DNA of 64,000 nucleotides from assembly GCA_964016885.1 (NCBI GenBank), contig OZ024743.1, positions 80,910,001 to 80,974,000 of the forward strand, read 5' to 3'. How positions within the stretch are numbered: the stretch's first letter is position 1; each line of letters begins with the position of its first letter. This stretch comes from Eledone cirrhosa (Eukaryota). Positions 60,370-64,000 of the stretch are shown here, one piece after another. Under the pieces are notes generated by a model. That model was not told where the DNA came from. It worked only from the letters and a program-made list of their open reading frames with translations, and did no database searches. The position numbers were made by a program, and so were the translations under genes.

Positions 60370-60735
60370 TTAGGTTATGCAAGAAATGCAGTAATATTTT
60401 AACCATTCTTCTCTGAGGAAACGGTAGTCGCAGCATTTGAAAATTGAGTTTTTGCAATCAAATAATCACCAATTTGCACATAGCATGTCTAGGCTGTATA
60501 ACTACTGTTGAAACATTTGTAAGCACTCGGAATAAATTACCTTTTTATAATGTCTACCTGTTATTATTCATTCTTTACCTACACTCCGGAATACAGAAGA
60601 ATCAGAAACTGAGGTTTTCCAACTTTTCTTCCATAACTCGTTGAGTAACCCCTCACCCTAAGTCGACTCTATTTAGTGTAGTAATTAACCATTACTGCAT
60701 TCAGGATAATCCTAAGCATTTCTTGCATAACCTAA
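60370..60735. mobile_element. Tc1/mariner-type MITE
   Basis: Perfect 20-bp terminal inverted repeat TTAGGTTATGCAAGAAATGC / GCATTTCTTGCATAACCTAA, flanked by TA. The TTAGGTT terminus is typical of mariner. Confidence 0.75.
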
Positions 60736-60774
60736 TATATGTATATATATATATGTATATATTGTATATATAAG

Positions 60775-60840
<66 letters not shown>

Positions 60841-60841
<1 letters not shown>

Positions 60842-61033
60842 CAAAGGAATTGTGGTAAGGAACCAGATGGACCATAACGCACCAGAGTGCTCAATACTTA
60901 GGGTTGTAGAGTGGGAAATAGGAAAAAGTATGACCCCGACGGCAGAGCTCAAGCCGTTTCAACGGCTATTTCAGTCCAGAAATAGCCGTCGAAACGGCTT
61001 GAGCTCTGCCGTCGGGGTCATACTTTTTCCTAT
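60841..61033 (-). mobile_element. Fold-back element family A
   Basis: Tail 60841-60917 and hairpin 60918-61033. Confidence 0.9.
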
Positions 61034-61046
61034 ATATATATATATA

Positions 61047-61126
61047 GATAAGATTTAAAACTTTTATACTCTGCTATGTATTGAGTACCTTACTTACTGT
61101 GGTTACCTCCGATTCAACCCGGAATA
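61047..61126 (+). mobile_element. Family D tail-only insertion
   Basis: taaaacttttatactctgctatgtattgagtacc...caacccggaata. Confidence 0.85.
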
Positions 61127-61389
61127 TCTTACCTATATATATATATAGAGAGAGAGAGTAAAAACGAGTGAAGGGAGGAGAGAAAGCGGACAGAGAATGT
61201 CTTATTACGTGTCTGTGTGTGTGTTTTGTGAGAGAGAGGGGGGATGGGGAGAGAGGGGGGAGTGAGGGAGAAAGGGGGGACTGAGAGAGTGAGAAGAGAG
61301 GAAGATGCATGAAACTGTGAAGCAAAGATGAGCATTTACTTGTGTAAATGTGTTGTACATAATGTGTGTGTTTGATGTGTGTTTGATGT

Positions 61390-62380
61390 GTCTGAGTATG
61401 TGTATGTATGAGAGAGAGTGTATGTATGAGAGAGAGAGAGAGTGTGTGTATGAAAGAGAGAGTCTATGTATGTGGTGTATATGATGTGTCTGAGTGTGTG
61501 TGTGTATGAGAGAGAGTGTGTGTATGAGAGAGAGTGTGTGTTTGAGAGAGAGTGTGTGTATGAGGGAGAGTGTGTGTATGAGAGAGAGTGTGTGTATGAG
61601 AGAGAGAGTGTATTTATGAGAGAGAGTCTGTGTATGTGGTGTATATGATGTGTCTGAGTATGTGTGTGTATGAGAGAGAGAGAGAGTGTGTAGTGAGAGA
61701 GAGAGAGTGTGTGTAGTGAGAGAGAGAGTGTGTGTAGTGAGAGAGAGATTGTGTAGTGAGAAAGAGAGTGTGTAGTGAGAGAGAGTGTAGTGAGAGAGAG
61801 AGTGTGTAGTGAAAGAGAGAGTGTGTAGTGAGAGAGAGAGTGTGTGTAGTGAGAGAGAGTGTGTGTGTAGTGAGAGAGAGTGTGTGTAGAGAGAGAGTGT
61901 AGTGAGAGAGAGATTGTGTAGTGAGAGAGAGAGAGTGTGTGTAGTGAGAGAGAGAGAGTGTGTGTAGTGAGAGAGAGATTGTGTAGTGAGAAAGAGAGTG
62001 TGTAGTGAGAGAGAGAGAGTGTGTGTAGTGAGAGAGAGAGAGAGTGTGTGTGTAGTGAGAGAGAGTGTGTGTAGAGAGAGAGTGTGTAGTGAAAGAGAGA
62101 GTGTGTAGTGAGAGAGAGAGTGTGTGTAGTGAGAGAGATTGTGTAGTGAGAGAGAGAGAGTGTGTGCAGTGAGAGAGAGAGAGTGTGTGTGTAGTGAGAG
62201 AGAGTGTGTGTAGAGAGAGAGTGTGTAGTGAAAGAGAGAGTGTGTAGTGAGAGAGAGAGAGTGTGTGTAGTGAGAGAAATTGTGTAGTGAGAGAGAGAGA
62301 GTGTGTGTAGTGAGAGAGTGTGTGTAGTGAGAGAGAGAGAGTGTGTGTAGTGAGAGAGAGTGTGTAGTGAGAGAGAGAGT
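61390..62380. repeat. (GTGTGTAGTGAGAGAGA)n-like compound minisatellite
   Basis: Direct inspection. Confidence 0.93.
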
Positions 62381-62693
62381 TTATATATGCTCGTGTGCCT
62401 ATAATGTCTATATATAATGTGTGTGTGTAATGTATGAGCGCGCGTGTATATATGTATATATGTATGTATATGTGTATATATGTATGTGTGAGGGAAAGCG
62501 AGGAAAAGAAAAGAAGAGAGGTAAAGAGAGGGAAAGAGAGGGAAAGATAGGTAAAGCGAGAGAAAGAGAGAAAGAGAGTGTGTCTGGAAGTAAGAGTGAA
62601 GCAGGCAGTATGTTAGGATATGTCTGTGTGTCCGTACAGGAGGGAAATGAAGCAAGATTTTTTTAATTGTTTCGATGTGGCCAGATAGAAGTA

Positions 62694-62998
62694 TACACAC
62701 GTACACACACTGACACACGTACACACATGGACACACGGACACACGTGGACACACTGACACACACTGACACACTGACACACGTACATACGTACACACGTGG
62801 ACCCACATGGACACACGTACACACGTACACACGTGGACACACTGGCACACTGACACACGTACACACTGACACACATACACACGTACACACGTACACACGT
62901 GGACACACTGACACACTGACACACTGACACACGCACACACTGACACACGTACACACATAGACACACAGACACACACGGATACACTGACACACGTACAC
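62694..62998. repeat. ACACGT/ACACTG degenerate repeat
   Basis: Direct inspection. Confidence 0.9.
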
Positions 62999-63021
62999 TT
63001 AAGATACACACACTCATATAC

Positions 63022-63103
<82 letters not shown>

Positions 63104-63107
<4 letters not shown>

Positions 63108-63285
63108 TTAATATAGAAGAGATTCTACAGGACTAGAACTGTTTCATTCATTAGAAATCATAGATTTCTAATGAATGAAACAGTTCTAGTCCTGTAGAAT
63201 CTCATCTATATTAAAACTGTTATACTCTGCTATGTATTGAGTACCTTACTTACTGTGGTTACCTCCGATTCAACCCGGAATAACG
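63104..63285 (+). mobile_element. Fold-back element family D
   Basis: Hairpin 63104-63218 with axis gaaatc-ata-gatttc, then a 67-nt tail. (TA)n on both sides. Confidence 0.9.
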
Positions 63286-63948
<663 letters not shown>

Positions 63949-64000
63949 GTATTAAAGATATTTATGGTTATGTATATAATAAAACCTTTTATGGTTATAT

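Overview
Eukaryotic, AT-rich, microsatellite-saturated intronic or intergenic DNA. It is probably a coleoid cephalopod such as Octopus, inferred only from the SINE types and the (TA)n/(CA)n/(TAC)n load. No intact protein-coding gene is visible. The supplied ORFs are simple-repeat artefacts or decayed LINE fragments (two CR1/Jockey-group, one Tx1/L1-like, one R4/Dong-like, one RTE-like). Also present are many SINE copies, two MITE-like elements, several minisatellites and a 200-N gap. The main signal is about 18 fold-back palindromes, most of them embedded in (TA)n tracts and drawn from several unrelated sequence families. They share one architecture: inverted arms carrying a whole or broken minimal hammerhead ribozyme (CUGANGA...GAAA plus palindromic stem III), and a one-sided 30-95 nt tail, often with an ACTCT...ATTGAGTAC-like motif. 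This fits (TA)n-targeting Penelope-like retroelement ends, or non-autonomous derivatives, with inverted pseudo-LTRs. A second signal is that both large tandem arrays were born in situ from conserved coding motifs of LINE ORF2. All coordinates and folds were read by eye; repeat edges are approximate.
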